Shown one piece after another: positions 27,525 to 36,177 of a DNA stretch of 64,000 bases. Source of the stretch: Acidobacteriota bacterium (GTDB lineage Bacteria > Acidobacteriota > Thermoanaerobaculia > Thermoanaerobaculales > Thermoanaerobaculaceae). Under the pieces are notes generated by a model that saw only the letters and a list, made by a program, of their open reading frames with translations, made no database searches and was not told the origin of the DNA. Numbering within the stretch: the stretch's first letter is position 1; each line of letters starts with the position of its first letter. The position numbers and the translations under genes are program-made. Where the stretch lies: the NCBI GenBank assembly GCA_003133645.1, contig PKYI01000159.1:11381-75380 (forward strand), written 5' to 3'.

Positions 27525-29132
27525 TCAGTGCCACTCCCAGTCGATGAAGCCGGGCTTGGCGTCCACCATGCAGTTCACGATGAGCTCCACCAGCCCGCCG
27601 TACAGAATCCTGTTTTTGTTCCACAGGTCGTAGTACGCGAGCATGTCGCGGAACTGCCCCTTGCAGTTGCTGCACGGGGCGCAGATGTACTTGTTGATGG
27701 ACGGGTCCATGCAGTCGGCGAAGGCGTTGAGGACCTGTTCCATCTTCTTCCGGCCCGAGACGTGGAAACGCCAGTCCTGAAAGTTGTTGCCGCTCATGAT
27801 GGCAAAGCCCGAGCCGCCGCCGCAGCAGTAGTTGTCCACGCCGTGGGGCTCCATCTCCCGAAACTCGGGGCAGATCTTGCGGACGATCTCGCGCTGTGGC
27901 TCCACCACGCCCATGAGCCGGACCAGGTTGCAGGGGTCGTGGAGGGTGACGGGGAAGGCGTTCCGGCTGGGGTCGAGCGTGAGGCGGCCGTTCATGACGA
28001 TGTCCCGCAGGAGTGTCATCGAGCTTTCCCGGGGTATGTTCAGGTCGCCGGTGAGGACGCGGTCGGCGATGACGGAGAGGGCCTTGTGCGCGTGGCCGCA
28101 CTCGCCGAGCACGATCTTCTTCACGCCGAGCTTCTTGGCCGCCTGGGCGTGCTTGATGGCCACCCTGGCGAACTGGGCGTCGTCGTACCAGAGCCCGTAG
28201 TTGATCGAGTCGTAGCCCGCCAGCTCGGAGGAGAGGGTCCACTTGATGCCCGCGGCGCTCAGGACCAAGGCGAAGGCGCCGGGGTTCTCGGGCCACGCCA
28301 GGATCTCGCCCGCGTTGTGGATGAGAAGGACGTCGGCGCCCTCCACGTCCCACGGGGTCTCGACCTTGATGCCCGTTCTGTCCATCATGTCCTCGTCGAT
28401 GAACTCGATGTTGTCCTTCACAACGAGAGAACTCATACCCGTCGAGGACCCCACCTTGAGCTGAAGGACGGAGCCGTTGTCGTGGCACTCCTTGGCGTTG
28501 ATGCCAAGCTCCTGGCTGAAGAGCTTGCGGAGCTCGTGGGCCACCAGGCCGTTGTCCGCACCGATGGGACAGGTCTGGGCGCACCGCCGGCAAAGGTTGC
28601 ACCGGTAGGCCAGCTCGGCGAGGCGCGCGACCAGCGGCCAGTTGATCTCGATGTCGCCGTGCTGCCAGGCCGAGAGCGCGCCGCCGTGCTTGACGCTCTT
28701 GAAGTAGAGCCGGCGAACGAGCTCGGAACGGAAGGTCGGGCGGTAGAGCTCGTCGTTGCCGCTCGCCTCGAAGATGTGGCAGGCCTGGGAGCAGGTCTGG
28801 CACTTGGCGCAGTGCTCCATGGAGAGGACCAGCGGCTGCAGGAACGTCCAGTTGTTCTCCCTGGTGAAGAGCTTGTCCAGCCCCGCCAGGAACTTCCGCA
28901 CCAGCTCGTCCTCCTCCTCCTTGGTCTTGGGTTGGGGGATGTTGATGGCGCAGGTGTCGTCGAGCCCGCACTCCACCGAGCCGGTGACCTTCTCCGAGAG
29001 GATCGCCCAGGCGTGGTCTTTCTCGGGCGAGTCGAGAGGGTAGGGAAGCGGCATGAGGTCCTCGTTTTCGAGGTGCGTCAGGGGTTTTCTGTCCTGGCGG
29101 GACATGTCGGTGAGCTTGATCCTGTCCTTCAT
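27525..29132 (-). CDS. HdrD/DsrK-like (Fe-S)-binding protein with two 4Fe-4S ferredoxin motifs and two CCG domains
   Basis: ATG at 29132 (MKDRIKL) overlaps the upstream stop (ATGA). Cluster motifs CAKCQTCSQACH and CNLCRRCAQTCP. CCG motifs LGECGHAHK...HDPCNL and DNYCCGGGSGF...CAPCSNCKGQ. The upstream 287 codons of the track ORF are artefact. Confidence 0.8.
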   Translation of the reverse strand: MKDRIKLTDMSRQDRKPLTHLENEDLMPLPYPLDSPEKDHAWAILSEKVTGSVECGLDDTCAINIPQPKTKEEEDELVRKFLAGLDKLFTRENNWTFLQPLVLSMEHCAKCQTCSQACHIFEASGNDELYRPTFRSELVRRLYFKSVKHGGALSAWQHGDIEINWPLVARLAELAYRCNLCRRCAQTCPIGADNGLVAHELRKLFSQELGINAKECHDNGSVLQLKVGSSTGMSSLVVKDNIEFIDEDMMDRTGIKVETPWDVEGADVLLIHNAGEILAWPENPGAFALVLSAAGIKWTLSSELAGYDSINYGLWYDDAQFARVAIKHAQAAKKLGVKKIVLGECGHAHKALSVIADRVLTGDLNIPRESSMTLLRDIVMNGRLTLDPSRNAFPVTLHDPCNLVRLMGVVEPQREIVRKICPEFREMEPHGVDNYCCGGGSGFAIMSGNNFQDWRFHVSGRKKMEQVLNAFADCMDPSINKYICAPCSNCKGQFRDMLAYYDLWNKNRILYGGLVELIVNCMVDAKPGFIDWEWH

Positions 29133-30064
29133 TTCTTGGCCCCTTCCCAGGGGTTGGTGGTGGCGATGTCCGCCCAGGTCCTCTTGCCGTCGGCACCCAC
29201 GTGGGCCGCGGACCAGTTCGGCCTGTAGGTCAAGTACTCGGTGAGCTTCGCCTCGATGGCGCTGCCTCGGAGGTTGACCTGGTCGTTCCACCGCACGTCG
29301 TGGTAGGTGAAGTACTTGCCGACGAAGTGGGACATGTGTGTGAGGGGAATGTACGCGGCCAGGAGCGCGCAGAGCACGATGCCGGCCGCGAGCAGGCCGG
29401 GCACCTGGAGCGTCCGGTCGAAGGTCAGGAGCCCCTGGACCAGGGCCACCACGCTCGGGTCCCCGGGCGACCTCAGCAGGATCCCCGCCGTCAGGACGCC
29501 GAAGGCGACGAGGAAGAAGAGCAGGTTGAAGACGTCTCCCGCAGTGGTGTAGGTCTTCAGGTCCGCGTCGGTGAGCCGCCGGTGCAGGAGCCCCACCGCG
29601 CCGACCATGGCCAGCGCCATGCCCGCAACCCCGGACACCGTGTAGACCCATTGGAGGATGGTTCCCAGGGGTCCCGCCATGAGAGCAGGGGCCGCGAGGC
29701 CCGCGACCGCCGCGACAAACACGAGGCCGCACGTTCCCGCCAGAATGTAGAGCCCGAAGTGGAAGGGGAACGAGCGGTACCAGAGCTTGCGGTTGAACTC
29801 GCGGAGGGCCTTGAGGAAGAGCATCTCGGGGACCATGACCCGAAGCTCTCCCGCCAGGTTGTAGTGGCGCTTGCGGGTCCACCAGTCCTTGTCCTCGAAG
29901 TAGGACCCTCCGTGTTTCACCTTCTCGGGATCTTCGTGGGGCACCGGGTAGAGTTCCCAGCGCAGGTGGATAGGGGCCCGCGCGTACATCCACGCTCTGG
30001 CTGCGGTGGCCACGGCGAAGACCGCGGTGCCTGCGCCCAGTGCCAAGTACACGAGAACGCTCAT
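29129..30064 (-). CDS. NarI/DsrM/HdrE-like membrane cytochrome b subunit
   Basis: 311 aa with 5-6 TM helices. The N-terminal region WMYARAPIHLRWELYPVPHE and the operon partner (CCG protein) fit DsrM/HmeC-type quinone-interacting subunits. The family call rests on architecture plus context. Confidence 0.6.
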   Translation of the reverse strand: MSVLVYLALGAGTAVFAVATAARAWMYARAPIHLRWELYPVPHEDPEKVKHGGSYFEDKDWWTRKRHYNLAGELRVMVPEMLFLKALREFNRKLWYRSFPFHFGLYILAGTCGLVFVAAVAGLAAPALMAGPLGTILQWVYTVSGVAGMALAMVGAVGLLHRRLTDADLKTYTTAGDVFNLLFFLVAFGVLTAGILLRSPGDPSVVALVQGLLTFDRTLQVPGLLAAGIVLCALLAAYIPLTHMSHFVGKYFTYHDVRWNDQVNLRGSAIEAKLTEYLTYRPNWSAAHVGADGKRTWADIATTNPWEGAKK

Positions 30065-30221
30065 CTGGATTCCTCCCCTGGTCGGCGTCCGCTGCGATCG
30101 AGGCTCGAAGGTTCTACCGTGCGATCCCTTTCACACCCGTTGTAAGAATAACTCTTTCGATCTGGGCAGGCGAGTCCCCTGAGGCCTTTCCCAGGCGCTG
30201 GCAGTTGGCGTCGATTCCGTC

Positions 30222-30340
30222 ATTCCCGCGGAAGCGGGAATCCAGGTCATTGCCGGCTTTTGTCGTCGTTCCCGCGCCCGCGGGAACCCAGGTCCTTGCC
30301 GTTGCCACCGAAGGTCCTGGATCCCCGCTTGCGCGGGGAT
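30222..30340. repeat. Three REP-like palindromic hairpins (30222-30241, 30268-30287 direct; 30321-30340 inverted)
   Basis: gtcATTCCCGCGGAAGCGGGAATccaggtc; gtcGTTCCCGCGCCCGCGGGAACccaggtc; ctggATCCCCGCTTGCGCGGGGATgacgac. Confidence 0.9.
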
Positions 30341-30346
30341 GACGAC

Positions 30347-32422
30347 CTACGACGCACGCTTGAGGACCGTGCACACCGATGCGCAGATCGGTCCGCCGAT
30401 GTTGAACGTCGCGGCGACCTTGGCGTTCTTCACCTGCAGCTCGGGCGGGACCTTGCCGAGGAGTTGCCACGCCGACCAGCCGATCATCGCGACGCCGGTG
30501 GCGCCGATCGGGTGCCCCTTGGCGATCAGGCCGCCGGAGGTGTTGATGCCGCACTCGCCGCCAACGGCGGCCTTGCCGTCGACCCAGTACTGCGCGCCCT
30601 TGCCGACCGGCGCCTTGCCCAGCACCTCGGCCGCGATCGCGGCCATCACCGTGAAGCAGTCGTGGACCTCGGCGACGTTGACGTCGGCCTGGGTGGCCCC
30701 GGCCATCGCGTACGCCTTGCCCATCGCCGCGTAGGCGCCGGCCGGGCGGAGGACGTCGCGGCCCGCCTTCATGAGCGGGTCGGTGGCCTGGGCGTAGCCT
30801 GCGATCTCGACCACGTCGGCCTTGGCCACGCCCAGCCGCTTGAGGCCCTCCTCCGTGGCGACGATCATCGCGGCGTAGCCGTCGGTGATCTGCGAGCAGT
30901 CGTAGGTCTTCAACGGCAGCCCCTCGACGATGTAGCGGTTGATCCCCTCGATCTTCATCGCCTGCTCAAGGGTGGGTTGCACCTTCTGCATCTGCGCGTA
31001 CGGGTTGTACTTGGCGTTGCCGTACTCGTTGACGGCGATCTGCGCCAGCTGCGCCTCCGTGACGCCATAGGTTTTCATGTAGAGGTCCATGACCTCGGCG
31101 AACAGGTGCGGGAAGACGAACACCTTACCCGGCCGCTCGTCGGGGTGCGAGAAGTAGCCCAGCACCTCGCCGATGAGCTTGCCGTCCATCTTGCCGTCGT
31201 TGTCGCGCATCTTCTCGTAGCCGACCGCGATCCCGACCTCGCCGTCGCCGAGGAGGAGCTTGTGGATCACGGAGAGGATCGCCTGCCCGCCGGTGGCGCA
31301 GGCGTTCTCGACCGCCTCGATCGGCTTGGCGCCGAGACCAGGCACCATCGCCATCAGCCCGGAGAGCAGCCCCTGCTTGTTGAGGGAGACGTTGCAGACG
31401 GCGCCGACAGAGCCGACGTCGATGGCGGTGGGGTCGACCTTGATCTCGGCGCACACCTCCTTGACCGCGTTCGCGATGATGTCCGGCGTCTGCATGTCCA
31501 TGAGCTTGCCGAACTTCGACTGGTGGTAGGCGGCGATATAGACGGGTTTCCTCATGCTGTCCTCCCGGCGGATCGTTGCCGCGCCGATGCGCTCCGGCGT
31601 GCGGCCGACCCGCCCATCATAGCGCGACACCGAGGCAAGAAAATCGAGGCACGAGCGGATGAAACGCTCCGGCTGCTCGACCACGAGCACGTGGCCGCTG
31701 CCGTGGACGATCTCCAGGCAGGCGCCCGGGATCGCGGCCGCCAGGGCGCGCGCGCGGTCGAGCGGCATGACGAGGTCGGCGCCCGCCGCCAACACGAGGA
31801 CCGGGCAGGTGATCTTCCCGAGCACGGGCCGCAGGTCGATGTCCTCGATCGACGTGAGCAACTCGGCGGCCGCCGCGAACCACCACGGCGGCAGCAGCGC
31901 GATCTGAGCGGACCGGGCCGCCAGCTCGTCGCGATGCGCGGCGATGTACTCCGGTGAGTAGAAATACGGCACCAGGATCTCGCCCACGGACGCAGCGGCT
32001 CGACCGGCGGCGGCGTCGCGGCAGGCTCGCCCCAACTCCGCGCCGCCGTCGCGCATGAGTGGGGTGGCGACGTCCGTGGCGGTGGCGACCACCATTGAAG
32101 CGACCCTGGTGGGTTGGGTGGCGGCGAGGAGCAGGCCGACCTCGGCCCCGAACGAAGCTCCGATCACACGGGCGCGCTCGATCTCCAGGGCGTCGAGGAG
32201 CGCGATCACGTCGGCGACGTGCCCGTCGAGGGTCCGATGCGGCGGCTCGTGCGAGCGCAGCTGGCCGCGGAAGTCACAGCGAACGACCCGGTACCGTTCG
32301 ACGAACGGCTCGATGAACGGGTTCCACGACGAGATGCTCATCATCCCGCCGTTGAGCAGCAGCAGCGGCTCGCCGTCGCCGTCCAGCTGGTGCGCCAATA
32401 CGCCTGTCTGGTCCACGTTCAC
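30347..32422 (-). CDS. In-frame fusion: alpha/beta-hydrolase (N-terminal, ~290 aa) :: SCP-x/archaeal-type thiolase (C-terminal, 402 aa). The thiolase also has its own SD+ATG at 31555.
   Basis: Hydrolase: LLLLNGGMMSISSW, nucleophile elbow VIGASFGA, His HGSGHVLVVEQP. GTG at 32422 overlaps the ligase stop (GTGA). No stop codon occurs between ...FLASVSRYDGRVGRTPERIGAATIRREDS and MRKPVYIAAYHQSKFGK. Thiolase: ENACATGG (Cys), EVHDCF, NTSGGLIAKGHPIGATG. Confidence 0.7.
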   Translation of the reverse strand: MNVDQTGVLAHQLDGDGEPLLLLNGGMMSISSWNPFIEPFVERYRVVRCDFRGQLRSHEPPHRTLDGHVADVIALLDALEIERARVIGASFGAEVGLLLAATQPTRVASMVVATATDVATPLMRDGGAELGRACRDAAAGRAAASVGEILVPYFYSPEYIAAHRDELAARSAQIALLPPWWFAAAAELLTSIEDIDLRPVLGKITCPVLVLAAGADLVMPLDRARALAAAIPGACLEIVHGSGHVLVVEQPERFIRSCLDFLASVSRYDGRVGRTPERIGAATIRREDSMRKPVYIAAYHQSKFGKLMDMQTPDIIANAVKEVCAEIKVDPTAIDVGSVGAVCNVSLNKQGLLSGLMAMVPGLGAKPIEAVENACATGGQAILSVIHKLLLGDGEVGIAVGYEKMRDNDGKMDGKLIGEVLGYFSHPDERPGKVFVFPHLFAEVMDLYMKTYGVTEAQLAQIAVNEYGNAKYNPYAQMQKVQPTLEQAMKIEGINRYIVEGLPLKTYDCSQITDGYAAMIVATEEGLKRLGVAKADVVEIAGYAQATDPLMKAGRDVLRPAGAYAAMGKAYAMAGATQADVNVAEVHDCFTVMAAIAAEVLGKAPVGKGAQYWVDGKAAVGGECGINTSGGLIAKGHPIGATGVAMIGWSAWQLLGKVPPELQVKNAKVAATFNIGGPICASVCTVLKRAS

Positions 32423-33984
32423 CCCTTGCCTTCTCCCGGCGTCGTGTGCCCCGTGCCCTGCAGGCGAGAGTAACGCGCCTGCAGCTCCCCCTTGACCACC
32501 TTGCCGTAGGCCGTTCGGGGAAGGGCGTCCGTCGAAATGAACTCTCTCGGGATCTTGTACTTCGCCATGCGGGCTTCGAGAAAGTCCGCCAGCTCGAAGG
32601 CGCTCGGTCCAGGCTCGGCGCGCGGCACCACGAACGCGACCCCGACCTCGCCCCACGTCGGGTGGGGGACCCCGATCACCGCCGCATCCTTGACCCCCGG
32701 GTGGAGCAACAACTCGCCTTCGATCTCGGCCGGGTAGACATTGACGCCGCCCGAGATGAACATGTCCTTTCTCCGGCCTGCGATGGTGAAGAACCCGTCC
32801 TCGTCGCGTCGCGCCAGGTCCCCGGTGTGGAACCAGCCATCGGGGTCGAGAGCGGCGGCGGTGGCCTCCGCGTTGTTCCAGTACCCGGTGCAGACGTGGG
32901 GTCCTCTCAGGAGGAGCTCACCAACCTCGCCGACAGGAGTCTCGCCCCCCTCGGCATCGACCAGGTTGGCTTGGGTGAACATCAGGGGACGCCCGATCGA
33001 CCCCTTCTTCCGCACCGAGTCCTCGTTCGACATGGCGAAGCAGTTGACCCCCACCTCGGTGAGGCCGTACCCCTGGCGAAAGACGACCCCGCGTTTCTGG
33101 AACGCCTCGATAATGTAGAGAGGCAGCGGCGCACCGCCCGAGGCCAGCCATCGCACGTGCGAGAGGTCAACGGAGGCGAACTCGGGCGTCTCCATCAGCA
33201 GTTTCCAGATGGTGGGGACGCCGAGGACGACGGTGCAACGTTCACTCTCAACGATGCGGCAGATCTCGTTGGGATCGAAGCCGGCGTGCAACACGATCGT
33301 CCCGCCGATGGCGAAGATCGGCAGAAGAAAGGCGCCCAGCCCGCCGGCGTGGTACAGGGGGGTGAAGACCGGCGAGACGTCCTCTTCGCGGAGCTGCCAT
33401 GAGATCGCTGTGTTGTAGGCGTTCCACGCGATCATCCGATGGGGGAGCATGACCCCCTTGGGCTTGCCGGTCGTGCCGCTGGTGTAGAGGAGGCAGTAGG
33501 TGTCCTCGGGTGAGACCGGGGTCCGGGGTCCGGGGTCCGGGGTCCGTACGACCAGATCGGGATACCTGAGATCCCATGGCTCGACGGGGCCGTCGAGGGC
33601 GACCCAGTGGTCGAGCTCAACCATCCCCCTGAGCTCGCGGACCACGGGGGCGAACGCACCGTCGTAGACGAGCGCGCGCATGCCGGAATCGCGCACCATG
33701 AAGGCGAGCTCGTGCGCGGTCAGGCGGGTGCCGAGCGGCACGATGACGACGCCGCTCTTGCCGGCGGCGAAGAAGTTGTCCAGGAACTCGACCCGGTTGT
33801 GAGCGAGGAGGCCGATGCGCTCGCCTTTGGTCAGGCCGAGCCGATTCCGCCAGGCGACGGCGCAAGCAGCCGCGCGGGCGTCGAGCTGGCCGTAGGTGAA
33901 GCGTTCGCCGGTCGGGACGAAGACCAGCGCGATCTTCTCCGGCGTCAACCTCGCGCGCTCGCCGAGGACGTCACCGTGCAACAT
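32419..33984 (-). CDS. AMP-dependent acyl-CoA synthetase/ligase (ANL superfamily)
   Basis: AMP-binding core LLYTSGTTGKPKGV, plus YGLTE, GWFHTGDLARRDEDGFFTIAGRRKDMFISGGVNVYPAEIE and C-terminal PRTAYGKV. Confidence 0.9.
   Translation of the reverse strand: MLHGDVLGERARLTPEKIALVFVPTGERFTYGQLDARAAACAVAWRNRLGLTKGERIGLLAHNRVEFLDNFFAAGKSGVVIVPLGTRLTAHELAFMVRDSGMRALVYDGAFAPVVRELRGMVELDHWVALDGPVEPWDLRYPDLVVRTPDPGPRTPVSPEDTYCLLYTSGTTGKPKGVMLPHRMIAWNAYNTAISWQLREEDVSPVFTPLYHAGGLGAFLLPIFAIGGTIVLHAGFDPNEICRIVESERCTVVLGVPTIWKLLMETPEFASVDLSHVRWLASGGAPLPLYIIEAFQKRGVVFRQGYGLTEVGVNCFAMSNEDSVRKKGSIGRPLMFTQANLVDAEGGETPVGEVGELLLRGPHVCTGYWNNAEATAAALDPDGWFHTGDLARRDEDGFFTIAGRRKDMFISGGVNVYPAEIEGELLLHPGVKDAAVIGVPHPTWGEVGVAFVVPRAEPGPSAFELADFLEARMAKYKIPREFISTDALPRTAYGKVVKGELQARYSRLQGTGHTTPGEGKG
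33517..33546. repeat. Heptanucleotide tandem repeat (CGGGGTC)x4 inside the ligase CDS; the plus (template) strand is a [G4N3]4 quadruplex motif
   Basis: cggggtc x4 read directly. It encodes RTPDPGPRTP just upstream of the YTSGTTGKPKG motif. Confidence 0.9.
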
Positions 33985-34004
33985 GGCCCCCTCCTACTCG
34001 ATCA

Positions 34005-34075
34005 GGGCACCGGGGACCGGGCACCGGGTCCCGAAAAGGCGTGGTCGGTGGTCGGTGGCCGGCGATCGGTAGCCT
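34005..34075. repeat. Two adjacent heptamer microsatellites in the ligase 5' intergenic region
   Basis: GGGCACC GGGGACC GGGCACC GGGTCCC (34005-34032), then GTGGTCG GTGGTCG GTGGCCG GCGATCG GTAGCC (34041-34075). Confidence 0.85.
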
Positions 34076-34155
34076 GTGGAGGATCGATCGCCTGGCGTAG
34101 CCGGTTGTAGAGGCGGGGCTTGTCCCCGCCCGGCAGTGGGCGGCCACACGGCACC

Positions 34156-35070
34156 TCATGGTGCGGCCTCCAGGGCCGTGCGCAGCGCGGCGAGAAAGCG
34201 GTCGGGGCACTCGATCTGCGGGACGTGGCCGCAACGTTCGAGCGTGACCAGGCCCGCATGCGGAAGCTGCACCTTCATGCGCTCGGCGTAGTCGAGTGGG
34301 ACAAGCCGGTCGGAGGCGCCCCAGATGAGCTGCACCGGCGCGCGCAGCTCGCGGAGTTGCGTCTCGTCAAGCACGTAGGAATCCATCGTGGCCGCACTCG
34401 CGGCGAAACGGGCCAGGGGACCTTCGCGTGCCTGGCGCACGATGTCGTCGAGCACAAAGTCGGGTACCGGCGGGCTCGTGCGGTCGCGCGTTTGCTCGAC
34501 CGACTCCCGCGCCTCGCCCCGGTTCTGGGGCAGCACGCGCGCGCGCAGGTTGCTCCCCCGGATCGCGCCGCCGTCGACGCAGATGGCCATCGCGACGCGA
34601 TCCGGGTGGCGCTGGGCGACCAGCATCGCGATCCAGGCGCCGAGCGAGTTGCCGACGAGGACGACCTTCTGTCCCGGGGCGACCACATCGAGGACGGCCT
34701 CAACGCCCCCGAGGACGTCCGCGACGTCGATCGGCCCGCGCCGCGGGGCGCTGTCGCCGTGGCCGGCGAGGTCGGGGACGATGAGTCGGTGCGACCCGAT
34801 CAGCTCCGGCACGACCTTGAACCAAGTGCCGGCGTTGTCGCCGGCTCCGTGCAGGAGAACGACGACGGGACCCCGACCGCCGACGAATACGGTCTGGTCC
34901 CCGGCAGGGGCGGGAACGTGCACTTTCCGCAGCCCCGCCGTGCGCAGCGCGGCTCGCGTCTGCCAGGCGAAGACGGTAAGCGGCCGGTACCTGACCATCC
35001 ACCCGACCCAAACCGCCGCTCCCCCGACGATGGCGAGGATGACGACAAGCACGATGCCGCGGATGCTCAT
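34156..35070 (-). CDS. Membrane-anchored alpha/beta-hydrolase
   Basis: N-terminal TM helix IVLVVILAIVGGAAVWVGWMV. Motifs: HGAGDNAGTW, nucleophile elbow VGNSLGAW, catalytic His CGHVPQIE. Confidence 0.85.
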   Translation of the reverse strand: MSIRGIVLVVILAIVGGAAVWVGWMVRYRPLTVFAWQTRAALRTAGLRKVHVPAPAGDQTVFVGGRGPVVVLLHGAGDNAGTWFKVVPELIGSHRLIVPDLAGHGDSAPRRGPIDVADVLGGVEAVLDVVAPGQKVVLVGNSLGAWIAMLVAQRHPDRVAMAICVDGGAIRGSNLRARVLPQNRGEARESVEQTRDRTSPPVPDFVLDDIVRQAREGPLARFAASAATMDSYVLDETQLRELRAPVQLIWGASDRLVPLDYAERMKVQLPHAGLVTLERCGHVPQIECPDRFLAALRTALEAAP

Positions 35071-35107
35071 GACTCTCCTTCGCTGCGTCCTACGCCCCGG
35101 GCCCTGG

Positions 35108-35180
35108 ATTCCCGCTTTCGCGGGAATGACGGCGTGGCCGTTTCGTTCTCTCGCCGGTCCCCGGTCCCCGGTCCCCGGTC
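35108..35180. repeat. REP-like hairpin (35108-35127) followed by heptamer repeat (CGGTCCC)x3.7 (35155-35180)
   Basis: ctggATTCCCGCTTTCGCGGGAATgac; cggtccc cggtccc cggtccc cggtc, ending 1 nt before the stop codon of the upstream KAS III gene. The minus (sense) strand is G4-rich. Confidence 0.9.
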
Positions 35181-35181
35181 A

Positions 35182-36177
35182 TCACGGCATTCTGAACGCC
35201 GCCCCCGCCTGGTTGTACCCCACGCCCGAACCGATCATCACGACCAGGTCGTTGGAACGGATCTTACCCTTCGCGATGGCGTCGTCGAGCGCCATCGGGA
35301 TGCAGGCGGAGCCGGTGTAGCCCCACCGCTCCATGATCGTGTGGGTCTTTTCCATCGGCAAGCCGAGGTCGGCCATGACCAGCTCGATCGAGGGCTTGCG
35401 CACCTGGGTGAAGATGATGAAGTCGATCGCCGAAACCGGAAAGCCGCCTTCCTTGGCGACGCGCCGGGCCAACCGCGGCCACCCCTCGTGGTTGATCTCC
35501 GGCGGGTAGCGGTCGAGGATCTTCACGGTGGTGCGGCCCGCGTTGACCGACTCGACCGTCGCCGGCTCGAAGGTGCCGCCCGAGTAGATCCCCCAGTGCC
35601 GGTGGTACTCGCCGCCGGCCTGCGACGCGGAGGAAACGAAACCCGGCGTTTCGCGTGGTTCCAGCACGGCCGCGCCGGCGCCGTCGCCGTAGAAGAAGAT
35701 CATCGGGTCGTTGGGGTCAGTGAGCTTGTGCATCATGTAGACGCCGACCACCAGCACGACATTGAGACCCGAGTTGGTGGTGATCATGCCGGCGCCGATC
35801 GCGAGCCCGGTCGGAAACGAGGCGCACGCGCAGCCGACGTCGAAGGTGCCGGCGTTCTTCGCCCCGAGCTTGTGCTGTAGCACGACCGAGGTCGCTGGGG
35901 TGATGTAGTCGGGGGAGTCGGTGCCGAGGATGATGAGATCGACGTCCTCGGGCTTCCGCCCGGCGCGTTCGAGCGCCTGCCGCGCGGCCGGCAGCGCGAT
36001 ATCGGAGGTCGCCCAGTCTTCGGGCGCCCACCAACGGCTCCGGATTCCACTCGACGCCTCCATCTTGTCCACGAACTCCGGTACTGCGGTATCGAAACGC
36101 GCCCGCAGGTCGTCGTTGGTCACCTCGCGTTCGGGCAGGTAGTGCCCGGTTGCCACGATGTTGGCGATTCTGGCCAT
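35182..36177 (-). CDS. KAS III (FabH)-like condensing-enzyme paralog 2 with non-canonical His/Asn positions
   Basis: MARIANIVATGHYLPEREVTN..., active-site Cys context FDVGCACASF. FIIFTQVRKPS stands where FabH has PHQAN, and WGYTGSACIP where FabH has GNTSAAS. ATG at 36177 is preceded by CGAGGTG. Confidence 0.8.
   Translation of the reverse strand: MARIANIVATGHYLPEREVTNDDLRARFDTAVPEFVDKMEASSGIRSRWWAPEDWATSDIALPAARQALERAGRKPEDVDLIILGTDSPDYITPATSVVLQHKLGAKNAGTFDVGCACASFPTGLAIGAGMITTNSGLNVVLVVGVYMMHKLTDPNDPMIFFYGDGAGAAVLEPRETPGFVSSASQAGGEYHRHWGIYSGGTFEPATVESVNAGRTTVKILDRYPPEINHEGWPRLARRVAKEGGFPVSAIDFIIFTQVRKPSIELVMADLGLPMEKTHTIMERWGYTGSACIPMALDDAIAKGKIRSNDLVVMIGSGVGYNQAGAAFRMP

Noticed and set aside
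32423-32656. 78-codon upstream extension of the hydrolase::thiolase ORF
   Set aside because: It overlaps the 3' end of the ligase CDS in another frame and is G/R-rich. The GTG overlapping the ligase stop is the natural coupled start.
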